Positions 39,392-50,472 of a stretch of 64,000 nucleotides of DNA are shown here, in pieces; position 1 is the stretch's first letter; each line of letters opens with the position of its first letter. The position numbers were made by a program, and so were the translations under genes. The DNA is from Gammaproteobacteria bacterium. Its GTDB lineage: Bacteria; Pseudomonadota; Gammaproteobacteria; GCA-002705445; GCA-002716945. The notes below the pieces were generated by a model. That model was given only the letters and a program-made list of their open reading frames with translations, was not told the DNA's origin and ran no database searches. The stretch covers positions 2,202-66,201 of the forward strand of contig JADHNN010000006.1 in assembly GCA_016779485.1 (NCBI GenBank). The letters are read 5' to 3'.

Positions 39392-41955
39392 TGTTTATAT
39401 TTCATATTTGTTACAGGGCATCGCTTATTTCTAGGAATATCACCTTCATTTAAATTTAATAAGCATCTAGGATCGTCTACTGGTTTATTAGATTCTCTTT
39501 TAGTTTCATCCTTTATAGATTCTGTATTATAGTTATCAATTTTTATCCTACAACATATTTTTAATATTTCTTTACTAATTTCCATAAGCATAAAATTGAA
39601 CATCTCAAAGGATTCTCTTTTATATTCATTTTTTGGATTCTTTTGAGCATAACCTCTTAGGCCAATTGATTGTCTGAGATAGTCCATTGAACTGAGATGA
39701 TTTCTATACTCTTCATCAATAACGGTCAAGCAAATATTCTTAATCAAGATATTATATTCATCAGTTGTAATATTTTTTGTATTAAGTTTGATTTTATCAA
39801 AAAGCATTGAAACTAAAATATTTTTTAGTTCATCAAAATCGACAATATTATCTTTAATAAATTCCTCAAAATTAATATCTAGTAAAAAGTCCGATTTTAT
39901 TGAACTATTTAGCTCAGTAAAATTAACATTTTGTATAATTAAAGAGTTAATATTAAGTTCAACATAATCAGCGACAAAATTGGAAATAATGTTTTCTAGT
40001 AAATTATCGGCATCATTGTCCAATATAAAATCACGTTGCTGATATAGGAGCTTTCTTTGTTCATTTGATATATCATCATATTCTAGTAAAGTTTTTCTTA
40101 TATCAAAATTATGAGCCTCTACTCTTCTCTGTGCATTCTCAATAGACTTGGAAACCCATTTATGTTCAATTGCCTCGCCATCTTGCATACCAAGTTTTTT
40201 CATAATTTCAGATACCTTATCTGATGCAAAGATACGCATTAAATTATCTTCCAGTGATAAAAAGAATCTTGATACACCTGGGTCTCCCTGTCTTCCAGCT
40301 CTTCCTCTAAGTTGATTATCTATTCTTCTTGATTCATGCCGTTCAGTGCCCATCACGTATAATCCGCCTAGTGATTTTACTTTTTTATTGTTTTTTGCCC
40401 ATTCATCAGCATTAATATTAACTTTATATCCACCCAGAACTATATCAGTACCACGACCAGCCATATTAGTAGCAATCGTTATTGAATTTAGAGCGCCAGC
40501 ATTTTGAATAATTTCAGCTTCTTTTTGATGATATTTAGCATTTAGTACGTTATGTTTAATCTTATTTTTTTTTAAATATTTTGATATATTCTCAGAGGCA
40601 TCAACAGATGTAGTACCTACAAGAATTGGCTGCCCTGTTTCATGAATATCTGTAATTTCCTTTAGGATATGTGCATACTTTTCTTTCTCCGTAAGAAATA
40701 CTAAATCAACTTTATCATCACGAATGAGCTTTCTATTGGGTGGAATTTGTACAACTTCGAGGTTATATATTTGTTGAAATTCCTCAGCTTCAGTATCAGC
40801 AGTCCCGGTCATGCCGCATATCTTATTAAACATTCTAAAGTAATTCTGAAATGTGATAGATGCATAGGTTTGGTTTTCTTGTTTTATAGAAACATTCTCT
40901 TTTGCTTCAATTGCCTGATGTAGACCTTCAGACCATCTTCTGCCCAACATTTTTCGTCCTGTAAATTCATCAATTATTACAATTTCATTATTCTCTATAA
41001 CATAATCAATATCTTTTTTATAAATAAGATGAGCTTTTAGAGCTGAATCTATGTGACTGAATAACTGTATATTATCGGTGCTGTAGATATCTTCAGAGGA
41101 TTTTATTAGGTTATTATCAAGTAGTATTTTTTCAATAGCAGACTGACCCATTTCTGACAATGAGACTGATTTCTGTTTCTCTTCTATAGAATATAAATCA
41201 GTATCGTTTTTATTTAAAAATATTTTAATAATCTTATTAATTTTAGCGTATGTATTATTAATCTTATTATTCGAACCTGAAATAATTAATGGCGTTCTTG
41301 CTTCATCTATGAGTACGGAATCAACTTCATCTATAATTGCGTAACTGAGTATGGATTGATTCTTATCGTCTTTGCTCATCACCATATTGTCTCTTAGGTA
41401 GTCAAAACCAAATTCATTATTAGTTCCATAAATTATATCAGATTGATAAATTTCTCTTCTGCTACTAGGCGGGATATTGCTATTGATATAGCCAACAGAC
41501 AAACCTAAATATTCATATATAATACCCATCCATTTTGAATCTCTTTCAGCCAGATAATCATTTACAGTTACTATATAAACTGGGTTTCCAGTAAGTGAAT
41601 TAAGATAAGCTGGTAATGTACTTACAAGCGTCTTACCCTCACCTGTTTTCATTTCGCTTATTTTGCCTTGATGAAGAGCAATACCACCCATCAACTGTTC
41701 GTCAAAATGTCTCATACCAAGTGTTCTTACTGATGTCTCTCTTACAATAGCAAATGCATCTGGTAACAAATCATCAAGGTTGGGAGATTTAGCATATCGA
41801 TCTCTAAGTGAAGTGGTTAAGCTTTTAAGCTCAGAATCAGATATATTTTTGTATTTCTTCTCTAAATCATTAATAGTTTTGATAATAACCTTATAATCTT
41901 TAATAATTCTAGAATTACGGCTGCCTATTATTTTTTTTATGAAATTACCAATCAT
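39370..41955 (-). CDS. secA: Preprotein translocase ATPase SecA
   Basis: 861 aa with DEAD-like motor motifs and the C-terminal zinc finger CPVTNMKYKQCCG. Confidence 0.95.
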   Translation of the reverse strand: MIGNFIKKIIGSRNSRIIKDYKVIIKTINDLEKKYKNISDSELKSLTTSLRDRYAKSPNLDDLLPDAFAIVRETSVRTLGMRHFDEQLMGGIALHQGKISEMKTGEGKTLVSTLPAYLNSLTGNPVYIVTVNDYLAERDSKWMGIIYEYLGLSVGYINSNIPPSSRREIYQSDIIYGTNNEFGFDYLRDNMVMSKDDKNQSILSYAIIDEVDSVLIDEARTPLIISGSNNKINNTYAKINKIIKIFLNKNDTDLYSIEEKQKSVSLSEMGQSAIEKILLDNNLIKSSEDIYSTDNIQLFSHIDSALKAHLIYKKDIDYVIENNEIVIIDEFTGRKMLGRRWSEGLHQAIEAKENVSIKQENQTYASITFQNYFRMFNKICGMTGTADTEAEEFQQIYNLEVVQIPPNRKLIRDDKVDLVFLTEKEKYAHILKEITDIHETGQPILVGTTSVDASENISKYLKKNKIKHNVLNAKYHQKEAEIIQNAGALNSITIATNMAGRGTDIVLGGYKVNINADEWAKNNKKVKSLGGLYVMGTERHESRRIDNQLRGRAGRQGDPGVSRFFLSLEDNLMRIFASDKVSEIMKKLGMQDGEAIEHKWVSKSIENAQRRVEAHNFDIRKTLLEYDDISNEQRKLLYQQRDFILDNDADNLLENIISNFVADYVELNINSLIIQNVNFTELNSSIKSDFLLDINFEEFIKDNIVDFDELKNILVSMLFDKIKLNTKNITTDEYNILIKNICLTVIDEEYRNHLSSMDYLRQSIGLRGYAQKNPKNEYKRESFEMFNFMLMEISKEILKICCRIKIDNYNTESIKDETKRESNKPVDDPRCLLNLNEGDIPRNKRCPVTNMKYKQCCGKLL

Positions 41956-41975
41956 TTTTTTCTACTTAAGAGGAT

Positions 41976-42290
41976 ATGGTTTATCATACAATAAATAGAG
42001 GTTTTATGAAAAAAATATCCGATTTTATACCCGATAAAGTTATAAAAAAGAAAGAAAGAATTGATACGCTTAATTCTTTACTGAAAAGTAATATAGAGAA
42101 TGAAGTTATTAATAAAATTAATGTTATAAATTTTTCTGAATCCATCATAACAATTGAATGTAATGATAGCTCAGTTGCATCTATCATTAAGTTTGAAAGA
42201 GAGAAATATTTACAAATATTTAAAGATTTTGGTATGTATAGTATACAAGATTTAAATGTTAAACTTAAATTGCCTCGGCAGCCTGAGTGA
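41976..42290 (+). CDS. DUF721 (DciA-like) small protein, divergent from secA
   Basis: 104 aa. This is the position occupied by DUF721/DciA-type genes between lpxC and secA in Pseudomonas and Vibrio. The sequence match to that family is weak. Confidence 0.45.
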   Translation: MVYHTINRGFMKKISDFIPDKVIKKKERIDTLNSLLKSNIENEVINKINVINFSESIITIECNDSSVASIIKFEREKYLQIFKDFGMYSIQDLNVKLKLPRQPE

Positions 42291-43173
42291 ATAATATAGG
42301 AGACTTAGATTCGTCTTCAATAATTACTTCTTCCCAAGCGCTTTCATTGTTTATTAATTCTCTCAGTAAAAGATTATTAAGATGATGTCCAGACTTATAA
42401 GCTGAAAATGAACCTATTAAGCTATGACCAAGTAAGTATAAATCACCAATAGCATCAAGTATTTTATGCTTTACAAATTCATCTTTATATCTGAGGCCAT
42501 CTTCATTAATTATTTTATAATCATCAATTACAATTGCATTATTTACACTTCCGCCCAGTGCAAGATTGTTTTTCCTTAAATTTTCAATATCTTTGGCAAA
42601 GCCAAATGTTCTTGCTCTGCTTACTTGACTTAAATAAGATATTGTAGAAAAGTCAATTGTTGAATTTTGAGTTTCTCTAGGAAAAGATGGATGATCAAAA
42701 TCTATCGTAAAAGAAACTTTGAAGCCATTGTATGGTTCTATCTTAGCCCACTTATCATTTTGTTTTACTTCAATGTCCTTAGTTATTTTTATAAATCTTT
42801 TTGGATGATTCTGTTCACATACACCAGCAGACTGAATTAAAAAAACAAAAGGCCGTGAACTTCCATCCATAATAGGCACTTCAGGACCATCTAGTTCTAT
42901 AATTGCATTATCTATTCCTAATCCTGCTAAAGCAGACAGAAGATGTTCTACGGTTGAAACAGATGCATCTCCATTAGATATTGTAGTAGACAAGCGTGTA
43001 TCGTGAACGTTCTTAAGTGATGCAGCTATTGTAGCATCAGATAAGTCATTTCTGACGAAGACAATTCCTTTGTCTGGTTGACCAGGATTTATTCGTAAAT
43101 TTATTTTTCTACCCGTATGAAGGCCAACTCCTGTTGCCGTTATACTGCTTGCTAAAGTTCTTTGTTTTAACAT
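42265..43173 (-). CDS. lpxC: UDP-3-O-acyl-N-acetylglucosamine deacetylase
   Basis: [25 protein letters not shown]-terminus and zinc ligands (HLLSA, HH). Confidence 0.93.
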   Translation of the reverse strand: MLKQRTLASSITATGVGLHTGRKINLRINPGQPDKGIVFVRNDLSDATIAASLKNVHDTRLSTTISNGDASVSTVEHLLSALAGLGIDNAIIELDGPEVPIMDGSSRPFVFLIQSAGVCEQNHPKRFIKITKDIEVKQNDKWAKIEPYNGFKVSFTIDFDHPSFPRETQNSTIDFSTISYLSQVSRARTFGFAKDIENLRKNNLALGGSVNNAIVIDDYKIINEDGLRYKDEFVKHKILDAIGDLYLLGHSLIGSFSAYKSGHHLNNLLLRELINNESAWEEVIIEDESKSPILFTQAAEAI

Positions 43174-43236
43174 ATCGAAATATTATCAAATAGTTATAAA
43201 TCTTACAAATATAGATTATTAGACCATATCTAACGT

Positions 43237-44481
43237 TTAAAGTTCTTTTTGGAAGTAATTAGAGAGTTTTCTTGTAACTTTATTGAATAAATTAGCAATT
43301 TTAGATGGATATTTGTTTGCTGATGATAATTTTCTTAACTCCTTCTCTCTGTATAGCAAAAGACCAACTGCTGTTGAATAACGTGTTTTTCCTCTCAAAT
43401 CCTCGAGGCCTTTTATGTTTTTTGGAGAACCTACTCTTGATGGTGTTTTAAAAAAAGATTCTGCATAATTATCGATGCCGCCTAATTTTGCTCCTCCACC
43501 GGTAAAGACCAGTCCAGCTCTTATCTTATTTGAATAACCGCTGTCATTGATTTCTTTTTGTATAGCATCAAATATTTCATTAATTCTGGCAGCAATAATT
43601 TGTGACACTATTGTTTTACTGGTTTCAGTATCAGGTTTGTCTGAAACAGAAGGGACGGGAATTTTCAAATCCATATCTTGATTAGATGAGACGCATCCAT
43701 ATTGAATTTTAATTTGCTCTGCTGCATCTAGAGATGTACATAATATTATTCTGATATCATTAGTAATCATCTGACTGCCTATCGGGATTACTGCTGTGTG
43801 TTTGATTGTTCCCTCAGTGAATATAGCAACATCAGTCGTGCCACAACCTATATCAATTAAACAGACGCCTAAATCAAGCTCTTCATCTGATAAGACAGCT
43901 AAACTTGATGCAACTGGTTGCAGAACAAAATGGTCAATCTCTAAAAGACTATTGTTGATACATTTTGTTAAATTCCTTTTTGCAGTTGAAGAGGTAGTGA
44001 TAATATGCACATTAGCTTCGAGTCTACCGCCAGCCATTCCTTTTGGTTCTCTAATTCCTGTTTGGCCGTCAATAGTATAGTATTGATCAATAACATGAAG
44101 TATTTCTTGGTCTTTTGGTATCTGAATATTTTGAGCATTAGCTATTACCTTTTCTTTATCCTCTTCTGTTACCTCATCATTCATTATATTAACAGCGCCG
44201 TTACCGTTATAGCTTTGAATATGATTACCTGCGATTCCAGTAGTTACCGATTCAATATTACAGCTAGACATGCTGCTTGCTTTCTCTTTCGCTCGTCTTA
44301 CACTTGATACAGTAGCGTCAATTTCTGAAATTACACCTTTATTCAGACCTGCACAAGGCTCATTGCCAATACCTATAATTCTGAGCTCACCTTTATCATC
44401 AATATCAGCTACTAAACAGAGCACTTTGGATGTCCCAATATCAAGAGCTACAAGAGTATCAGTGCTTTTTATAGTATTCAT
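43237..44481 (-). CDS. ftsA: Cell division protein FtsA
   Basis: 414 aa with actin-fold motifs (LVALDIGTSKV, DIGCGTTDVAIF). Confidence 0.92.
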   Translation of the reverse strand: MNTIKSTDTLVALDIGTSKVLCLVADIDDKGELRIIGIGNEPCAGLNKGVISEIDATVSSVRRAKEKASSMSSCNIESVTTGIAGNHIQSYNGNGAVNIMNDEVTEEDKEKVIANAQNIQIPKDQEILHVIDQYYTIDGQTGIREPKGMAGGRLEANVHIITTSSTAKRNLTKCINNSLLEIDHFVLQPVASSLAVLSDEELDLGVCLIDIGCGTTDVAIFTEGTIKHTAVIPIGSQMITNDIRIILCTSLDAAEQIKIQYGCVSSNQDMDLKIPVPSVSDKPDTETSKTIVSQIIAARINEIFDAIQKEINDSGYSNKIRAGLVFTGGGAKLGGIDNYAESFFKTPSRVGSPKNIKGLEDLRGKTRYSTAVGLLLYREKELRKLSSANKYPSKIANLFNKVTRKLSNYFQKEL

Positions 44482-44509
44482 TTAAAGATATTATATCTTA
44501 TTTGCTCTA

Positions 44510-45154
44510 CTATTTGATAGCAAAACCATTGGAATATCTCATATCAATTGAGGTGACTTTCTTTTCATATACTCTGTGAATTTCATCAAATGATAAAATT
44601 AATCTTTTGATATTTTTTTTAAAATTAGATCTATCAGAAATTAGTATTAGAGAGTCTGTATATATTCTAATTAATGAATGATGTATTTCAATTTTATCTA
44701 TGTTAAGTCTTATCATATCTAGTTGTTCTGTTGAAAACATGAATATATCTTTAGCAAAAGTAGCATCATTATAATGGTCTATTATTACAGGGAATCTATT
44801 TTTATCTTGTAAGTGGTCAATTAGAGTTCCATTACTTGTCAGTATTTTATTCCCATATTGAGCAATAGGTTTATGATGAAATATTGTAATTTCAAGTGTA
44901 GATGGAAATGATTTTTTAATTTCTGCATATCTAATTTGATTATCAGACATTATTTTTTTTTGAATAATATGAATATCCATAAGAAGTAAGTCATTGCCAT
45001 ATAGAGAGCTAATAAGACTATCTAGTTTATTTTCATTATGGTTCTTTTCAGAGGAAATTATTTTCACTTCATCAATGGGAAAAGTAAAAATACCAGATTT
45101 ATATGTAATTAGCAGGATAAGAAAGAGTATAATATAAACTATTATCTTGGGCAT
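44510..45154 (-). CDS. ftsQ: Cell division protein FtsQ (short form)
   Basis: 214 aa with an N-terminal TM helix followed by a POTRA-like region. It sits between ddl and ftsA. Confidence 0.75.
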   Translation of the reverse strand: MPKIIVYIILFLILLITYKSGIFTFPIDEVKIISSEKNHNENKLDSLISSLYGNDLLLMDIHIIQKKIMSDNQIRYAEIKKSFPSTLEITIFHHKPIAQYGNKILTSNGTLIDHLQDKNRFPVIIDHYNDATFAKDIFMFSTEQLDMIRLNIDKIEIHHSLIRIYTDSLILISDRSNFKKNIKRLILSFDEIHRVYEKKVTSIDMRYSNGFAIK

Positions 45155-46053
45155 ATATCTAAGATATTTAATATTAAATTATAATAGTCAATACCGTTCT
45201 CTTTTGCTGCCTTTGGAACGAGGCTATGGTCAGTCATTCCTGGTATTGTATTCAACTCTAATAAAATAATATCATTGTTTTTTATAAAAAAATCTATTCT
45301 ACCCCATCTACTACAGCCAATAATATTAAATGCATTTAAAATAGTTTTATTTATTGACGAAAAAAGGTCATTATTTATTTTTGGAAAAGTAAATTCTGTC
45401 AGATTAGACGCATATTTAGCATCATAATCATAAAAATCATTATCAGGCTTAATCTTGATTATTGGTAATAATTTATTATGAAGTATCGCTGCAGTATATT
45501 CATTAGAATTAATCTTTTCTTCTATAATAAATTGGCGATTTTTATCATGACAATTTTTAAAATCATCAAAGTCAATTAGATTTGATATTAAATATATATT
45601 GTTACTTGATCCTGAGCACGTATCTTTTATAAAGAAATGTTCACCAAATTTTTTATTACAATAATCATAATCTTGTGATGTAAATAATTCATATTCAGGA
45701 ATTAAAAAACCATTTTGTTGCCATATTTTTTTAGTATCATATTTATTAAATGATGTTTTTGAAGATTTTTCATCTGAACCACAGTAATCTACTGATAGCA
45801 TATCAAGGTATTTTTGAACTGTCCCGTCTTCTCCACCTTCTCCATGTATAAGATTAAAAACTAAATCGATAGAGTTTTCTGTAATTATTTTTTCTAGGTC
45901 TTCAAATGAATCAACCGACATATCAAAGAAGATTACATCATGTCCATTTGATTTAAGACAATCAAAGACAGCATTAGCGCTTTTTAGTGAAATTAACCTT
46001 TCATTTGACCAACCTCCACCTAAAATACAAATCTTGGGATTTTTATACTTCAT
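45142..46053 (-). CDS. ddl: D-alanine--D-alanine ligase
   Basis: 303 aa with an ATP-grasp fold and the N-terminal ICILGGGWSNERLISLKSA motif. Confidence 0.88.
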   Translation of the reverse strand: MKYKNPKICILGGGWSNERLISLKSANAVFDCLKSNGHDVIFFDMSVDSFEDLEKIITENSIDLVFNLIHGEGGEDGTVQKYLDMLSVDYCGSDEKSSKTSFNKYDTKKIWQQNGFLIPEYELFTSQDYDYCNKKFGEHFFIKDTCSGSSNNIYLISNLIDFDDFKNCHDKNRQFIIEEKINSNEYTAAILHNKLLPIIKIKPDNDFYDYDAKYASNLTEFTFPKINNDLFSSINKTILNAFNIIGCSRWGRIDFFIKNNDIILLELNTIPGMTDHSLVPKAAKENGIDYYNLILNILDICPR

Positions 46054-46883
46054 TTAACTAAGATTACCTCTTCTTGAAGTTTGATATTATATTTCGTGAA
46101 TACTTTATTTTTCACAATTTTGATAAGCTTCAAAAATTCTTTATATGTTCCCGAACCATCATTGATAAAATAATTAGAGTGTTTCCTTGAAATATAAATT
46201 CCACCAACTCTTGTTCCTTTCAGTTCTGCTCCTTCTATTAATTTTGCAGCATATTGATTCTTAGGATTTCTAAAAATACAACCACAAGAAAGCTGCTTTA
46301 TAGGTTGTGTATTTTTTCTAATAGAGTTTAATTTATTAAGTATATTCCTATCAAATACCTTAGCCTGATTATTCAAAGTAACACGAATGATAGAGGATTT
46401 TTTATCGATATTAGACTTTCTATAAGAATAATGTAAATCCTTATTACTGATTATATAATTATTCCCTACGCTGTCCAGTAGCTCAATAGAGTGTACATGA
46501 CGAAGAAGTTCATCATCAAACGCTCCTGCGTTCATATATATTGCTCCACCTATTGTACCAGGTATACCATGGAGGAATTCAAATCCCGAAATTTCATTGT
46601 TATATAAATATCTAGATACTTTATTACAAGAAATATTACTCGAGCAGTAAATATAACTGTCATCATGTGATATAAATCTTTTCATTCTTTTTAAGCTAAT
46701 TATTGACCCATTATAATAATCAGTAATAAAACAAATATTAGAGCCGTTACCTACATATATATGTTTTCTAGATTTATTTATTTTTAATAAATCATTAATG
46801 GTGACAGGACATATTAGTTCTTTACAGGTACCACCAAGGCCAATAGTTGTTATATTTTTCAAAGGATAGTTATGTTTTATCAT
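46050..46883 (-). CDS. murB: UDP-N-acetylenolpyruvoylglucosamine reductase
   Basis: 277 aa with the FAD-binding N-terminal region ITTIGLGG. Confidence 0.85.
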   Translation of the reverse strand: MIKHNYPLKNITTIGLGGTCKELICPVTINDLLKINKSRKHIYVGNGSNICFITDYYNGSIISLKRMKRFISHDDSYIYCSSNISCNKVSRYLYNNEISGFEFLHGIPGTIGGAIYMNAGAFDDELLRHVHSIELLDSVGNNYIISNKDLHYSYRKSNIDKKSSIIRVTLNNQAKVFDRNILNKLNSIRKNTQPIKQLSCGCIFRNPKNQYAAKLIEGAELKGTRVGGIYISRKHSNYFINDGSGTYKEFLKLIKIVKNKVFTKYNIKLQEEVILVK

Positions 46884-48258
46884 TATTAAATAAATTTATA
46901 ATATTTTTTATATCACCTGCTCCCTGCAGAAGTAATACTGTATCTTCATCTACAAATGCTTCTATTGTTTTCTTTACATTACGTAATGATTTTAGATAAA
47001 TTTTATTTTTTGCTTTTAGTTTTTTATATAAAAATTCTGAATCATACATCGTCTTTTTTTCACCTGCAGAATAAGTAGGTAAAAGTATAATCTTATCAGT
47101 ATCATTTAATACTTTTAACATCTCTCTCCAGGAGGACTTTGTTCTTGAGTAACGATGAGGTTGAAATACAATCAAGATTTTTTTGTTAGGATATATTTCT
47201 GTAATGGTACCTATCGTAGATTGAATTTCAGAAGGATGATGACCATAATCATCAATAGTAAGCACTTTCTTATTATTAATAGATATCTTTTTATGTATAT
47301 CAAATCTTCTTGATACTCCATGAAAAGACGTAAGAGAAGTAATTATACTTGATAGTTTGATACCTATAAATATACAGACAGCCATTGCAGTTAATACATT
47401 ATAAACGTTATGTTTTCCTAAAAGCTTAGTTGAAACTAAATATGTTTTTTTATTATAATGAACATCAAATTTCATCCTGTTTTTACTATATAGTATATTG
47501 CTTGCATACAAATCATTATTTTTTTTAAATCCAAATGTAAAAATATTTCTATTAATATTTTTAGCTAGGTCGAGAGAGTTTTTATCATCTCCATTAATAA
47601 AGACTTTTCCATAAAATGGAATTGATTTTACGAATTCACGCATACAGGAAAGTAAGTTACTAAAAGAGTTATTATAATTTTCTAAGTGCTCAGCATCTAA
47701 ATTAGTAATTGCGACAAGATGAGGTTTTAGCTTAGTAAAATCTGAATTACTCTCATCTGTTTCTGTTATTAAATAACTACTATTACCTAATTTAACATGC
47801 GGATCGTCAGTTTTGAGCATGCCTCCAATCAGATATGTAGGATCAAGATGGTTTTTATAAAGTATATGGCTTAATAAACTTGTAGTTGTAGTCTTCCCAT
47901 GTGAGCCAGTTATAGAAATACCATATTTTAATCTCATTAATTCAGACAGTATCTCCATACGTGAAAGTATTGTCATATTGTTAATTCTAGCAAATAACAT
48001 TTCTATGTTATTTTTTTTTATTGCATTAGAAAAAATGATTATGTCATCCTTCTTTATGTTTTTAGGATTATGGCCTATGTATACTTTTATCTTCAGCTTG
48101 CGTAATCTTTTTACAGATAAAGTGTTATCTATGTCTGAACCATGCACAATAAATCCTAAATTATGGAGTAATTCTGCAATGCCCATCATTCCAGCACCGC
48201 CGATTCCAATTAAGTAAAATGATTTATTTTTAAGATGATGTGTTATGGAGTTTTTCAT
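46870..48258 (-). CDS. murC: UDP-N-acetylmuramate--L-alanine ligase
   Basis: GIGGAGMMGIAELL and GSHGKTTTTS motifs. Confidence 0.92.
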   Translation of the reverse strand: MKNSITHHLKNKSFYLIGIGGAGMMGIAELLHNLGFIVHGSDIDNTLSVKRLRKLKIKVYIGHNPKNIKKDDIIIFSNAIKKNNIEMLFARINNMTILSRMEILSELMRLKYGISITGSHGKTTTTSLLSHILYKNHLDPTYLIGGMLKTDDPHVKLGNSSYLITETDESNSDFTKLKPHLVAITNLDAEHLENYNNSFSNLLSCMREFVKSIPFYGKVFINGDDKNSLDLAKNINRNIFTFGFKKNNDLYASNILYSKNRMKFDVHYNKKTYLVSTKLLGKHNVYNVLTAMAVCIFIGIKLSSIITSLTSFHGVSRRFDIHKKISINNKKVLTIDDYGHHPSEIQSTIGTITEIYPNKKILIVFQPHRYSRTKSSWREMLKVLNDTDKIILLPTYSAGEKKTMYDSEFLYKKLKAKNKIYLKSLRNVKKTIEAFVDEDTVLLLQGAGDIKNIINLFNNDKT

Positions 48259-49321
48259 GTAATTCCGGAATATTCTTTAAGATTATATCACTAGAATCAA
48301 ATGGAAAAAGAGATTTAACATTATTTGCCATTATGTGTAATTCATTCTTATTCAATAACAGTCTCTTAATAGATCGTTCTAAATTTTCTCTAAATTCATA
48401 GTTTTCCTCTGCCATTAATGCAGCATGATTTTTACACAAATACTTAGCATTATTCCATTGGTGATTATCTGTTGCATAAAGATAAGGAATCAGTATTGAT
48501 GCTCTACCAGAAATCGATATCTCACTTAAAGTCATAGATCCAGATCGTGAAATGATTAAATCAGACCATTCATAAAGTATATCCATCTCATAAGAGAATT
48601 CGATTACTTCAGCGTCAATATTAAATTTTTTATATTGTTCCTCAACTTTATTTTTATTATTTACACCACATATATGTATGATATGAATAGAATTTGAAAA
48701 ACGTGAGAAAGAAGCAGGAATATTTTCATTAAAGAATTTAGCTCCTTGGCTTCCTCCGAAGATTAGGATATTGGTCTTATGCCTGTTTTGTTGATATTTT
48801 TCATCAGGACAAGTTATATTTTTAAAATTTTTTTTAAGTGGATTGCCAGATAATATAACTTTAGATTGTTTTGGAAATGTATTTGGAAATGTTTGAAAGG
48901 TTTTCTTTGTTATTAAATTATTAAGTTTATTTGCAGATCCGGGTATTGAATTTGATTCATGCGCATAAATTGGTAAACGGTATAAAAAACCAGCTAAACT
49001 TACAGATGTACTAACATAGCCCCCAAATCCAAATACAAAAAGAGGTCTATTTTTACTTATAATCCTGATGCTTTGAAAGATAGATTTTACAAAGTTTAAT
49101 ATTCCTTTAACTTTATCAAAAACATTTTTTCCTCTAATACCTGTTGATGTTATGTGAAATAATTTAATTTTATTATTTTTTATTAATCTATTTTCAATAC
49201 CATTTTTTGTCCCAATCCAAATTATTTCATAACCTTTACTCAATAGTAACTCAGAGATATTTAAAGCAGGAATTACGTGTCCGCCAGTTCCGCTTGATAC
49301 TATCATTATTTTCTTAGTCAT
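48230..49321 (-). CDS. murG: UDP-GlcNAc:undecaprenyl-PP-MurNAc-pentapeptide GlcNAc transferase
   Basis: G-loop SSGTGGHVIPAL in a 363-aa protein. Confidence 0.92.
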   Translation of the reverse strand: MTKKIMIVSSGTGGHVIPALNISELLLSKGYEIIWIGTKNGIENRLIKNNKIKLFHITSTGIRGKNVFDKVKGILNFVKSIFQSIRIISKNRPLFVFGFGGYVSTSVSLAGFLYRLPIYAHESNSIPGSANKLNNLITKKTFQTFPNTFPKQSKVILSGNPLKKNFKNITCPDEKYQQNRHKTNILIFGGSQGAKFFNENIPASFSRFSNSIHIIHICGVNNKNKVEEQYKKFNIDAEVIEFSYEMDILYEWSDLIISRSGSMTLSEISISGRASILIPYLYATDNHQWNNAKYLCKNHAALMAEENYEFRENLERSIKRLLLNKNELHIMANNVKSLFPFDSSDIILKNIPELHEKLHNTSS

Positions 49322-50472
49322 TATATACTTCTATGAACTGCCTGGCTGCGTGTCTGTTTCTTCTCAATTTGTATTCTAATCAGAATACCAATATACGTAA
49401 ACATCAGAAGTAGGTTTGTGCCACCATAACTTATAAATGGAAGACCCATCCCTTTTGTAGGAAATAAACCAATGTTGACTAAAACATGTATTAAGGTCTG
49501 TATCATCATTAATAGTATAATGCTTAAGACTAAGTTTGATGGGAACTCAGAATTCACACGAGTATTACTATAGAAGATAAACATACGCCAAAAAAGTATA
49601 ATATAGAGCAACAAGATAAAAACAAGAAAAATAAAACCAAGCTCTTCTCCTATGATAGCAAGTATAAAATCATTGTATTGTTCAGGTAAATAAAATAGTT
49701 TTTGCGTACTTGAACCCAAACCTTGCCCAAAAAGGCCTCCTGATGATAAAGCTATTTGCGATGCAATTATTTGATAACCGCTGCCTTGTGGATCATTCCA
49801 TGGGTTTATAAATGCAAGAAATCTTTGAACTCTATATGGATAAAGAACAATCAGTAAAATAATTGGAATAATTGCTGCCACAGATATTTTTAATAAATGA
49901 GACAATCGAACATTTGATATAAATGAATAAATTATAAATGTAGAAAATAATAATATCATGCTTCCAAAATCTCTCTGTAAAACAATAATGAACATTAGTA
50001 TTGATGCAAAGATAAAGATTTTAAAAAAATCTTTATTGAAGTTATTTCTTACAATATATCCAGATAACCATATAAAGAATAATAATCTTGATACTTCTGA
50101 GACTTGTAAGGTAAAAAAACCAAGATTGATCCATCGAGTTGCGCCATTTATCGTAACTCCGACACCAGGTATATGGACAAGTAAAGATAAAAGTAAAGAT
50201 AATAATAAAAAGAATTGTCCATAATCATAATAGAACTTAATTTTAATTCGAGTAACAACATAAAGAACAAATAAACCTAATATTATGAATAACATTTGTT
50301 TTTTAAAAAAAAATAGTGGGTTAGAAAATTTTGTTGCAGCAAAATCAACAGTTGATGAAGTTACCATGACTAGTCCAATAATTATAAGACTGGTAACGCA
50401 TGCAAGAAAAAATGAATCTAGACCTCTATTATCAAAGAAATCAAAAGTATTTTTAAACTTTTTTATTAACAT
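49321..50472 (-). CDS. ftsW: Peptidoglycan glycosyltransferase FtsW (SEDS family)
   Basis: 383 aa with ten TM helices and the SEDS motif YIPEQYNDFI. It is in dcw order. Confidence 0.88.
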   Translation of the reverse strand: MLIKKFKNTFDFFDNRGLDSFFLACVTSLIIIGLVMVTSSTVDFAATKFSNPLFFFKKQMLFIILGLFVLYVVTRIKIKFYYDYGQFFLLLSLLLSLLVHIPGVGVTINGATRWINLGFFTLQVSEVSRLLFFIWLSGYIVRNNFNKDFFKIFIFASILMFIIVLQRDFGSMILLFSTFIIYSFISNVRLSHLLKISVAAIIPIILLIVLYPYRVQRFLAFINPWNDPQGSGYQIIASQIALSSGGLFGQGLGSSTQKLFYLPEQYNDFILAIIGEELGFIFLVFILLLYIILFWRMFIFYSNTRVNSEFPSNLVLSIILLMMIQTLIHVLVNIGLFPTKGMGLPFISYGGTNLLLMFTYIGILIRIQIEKKQTRSQAVHRSI

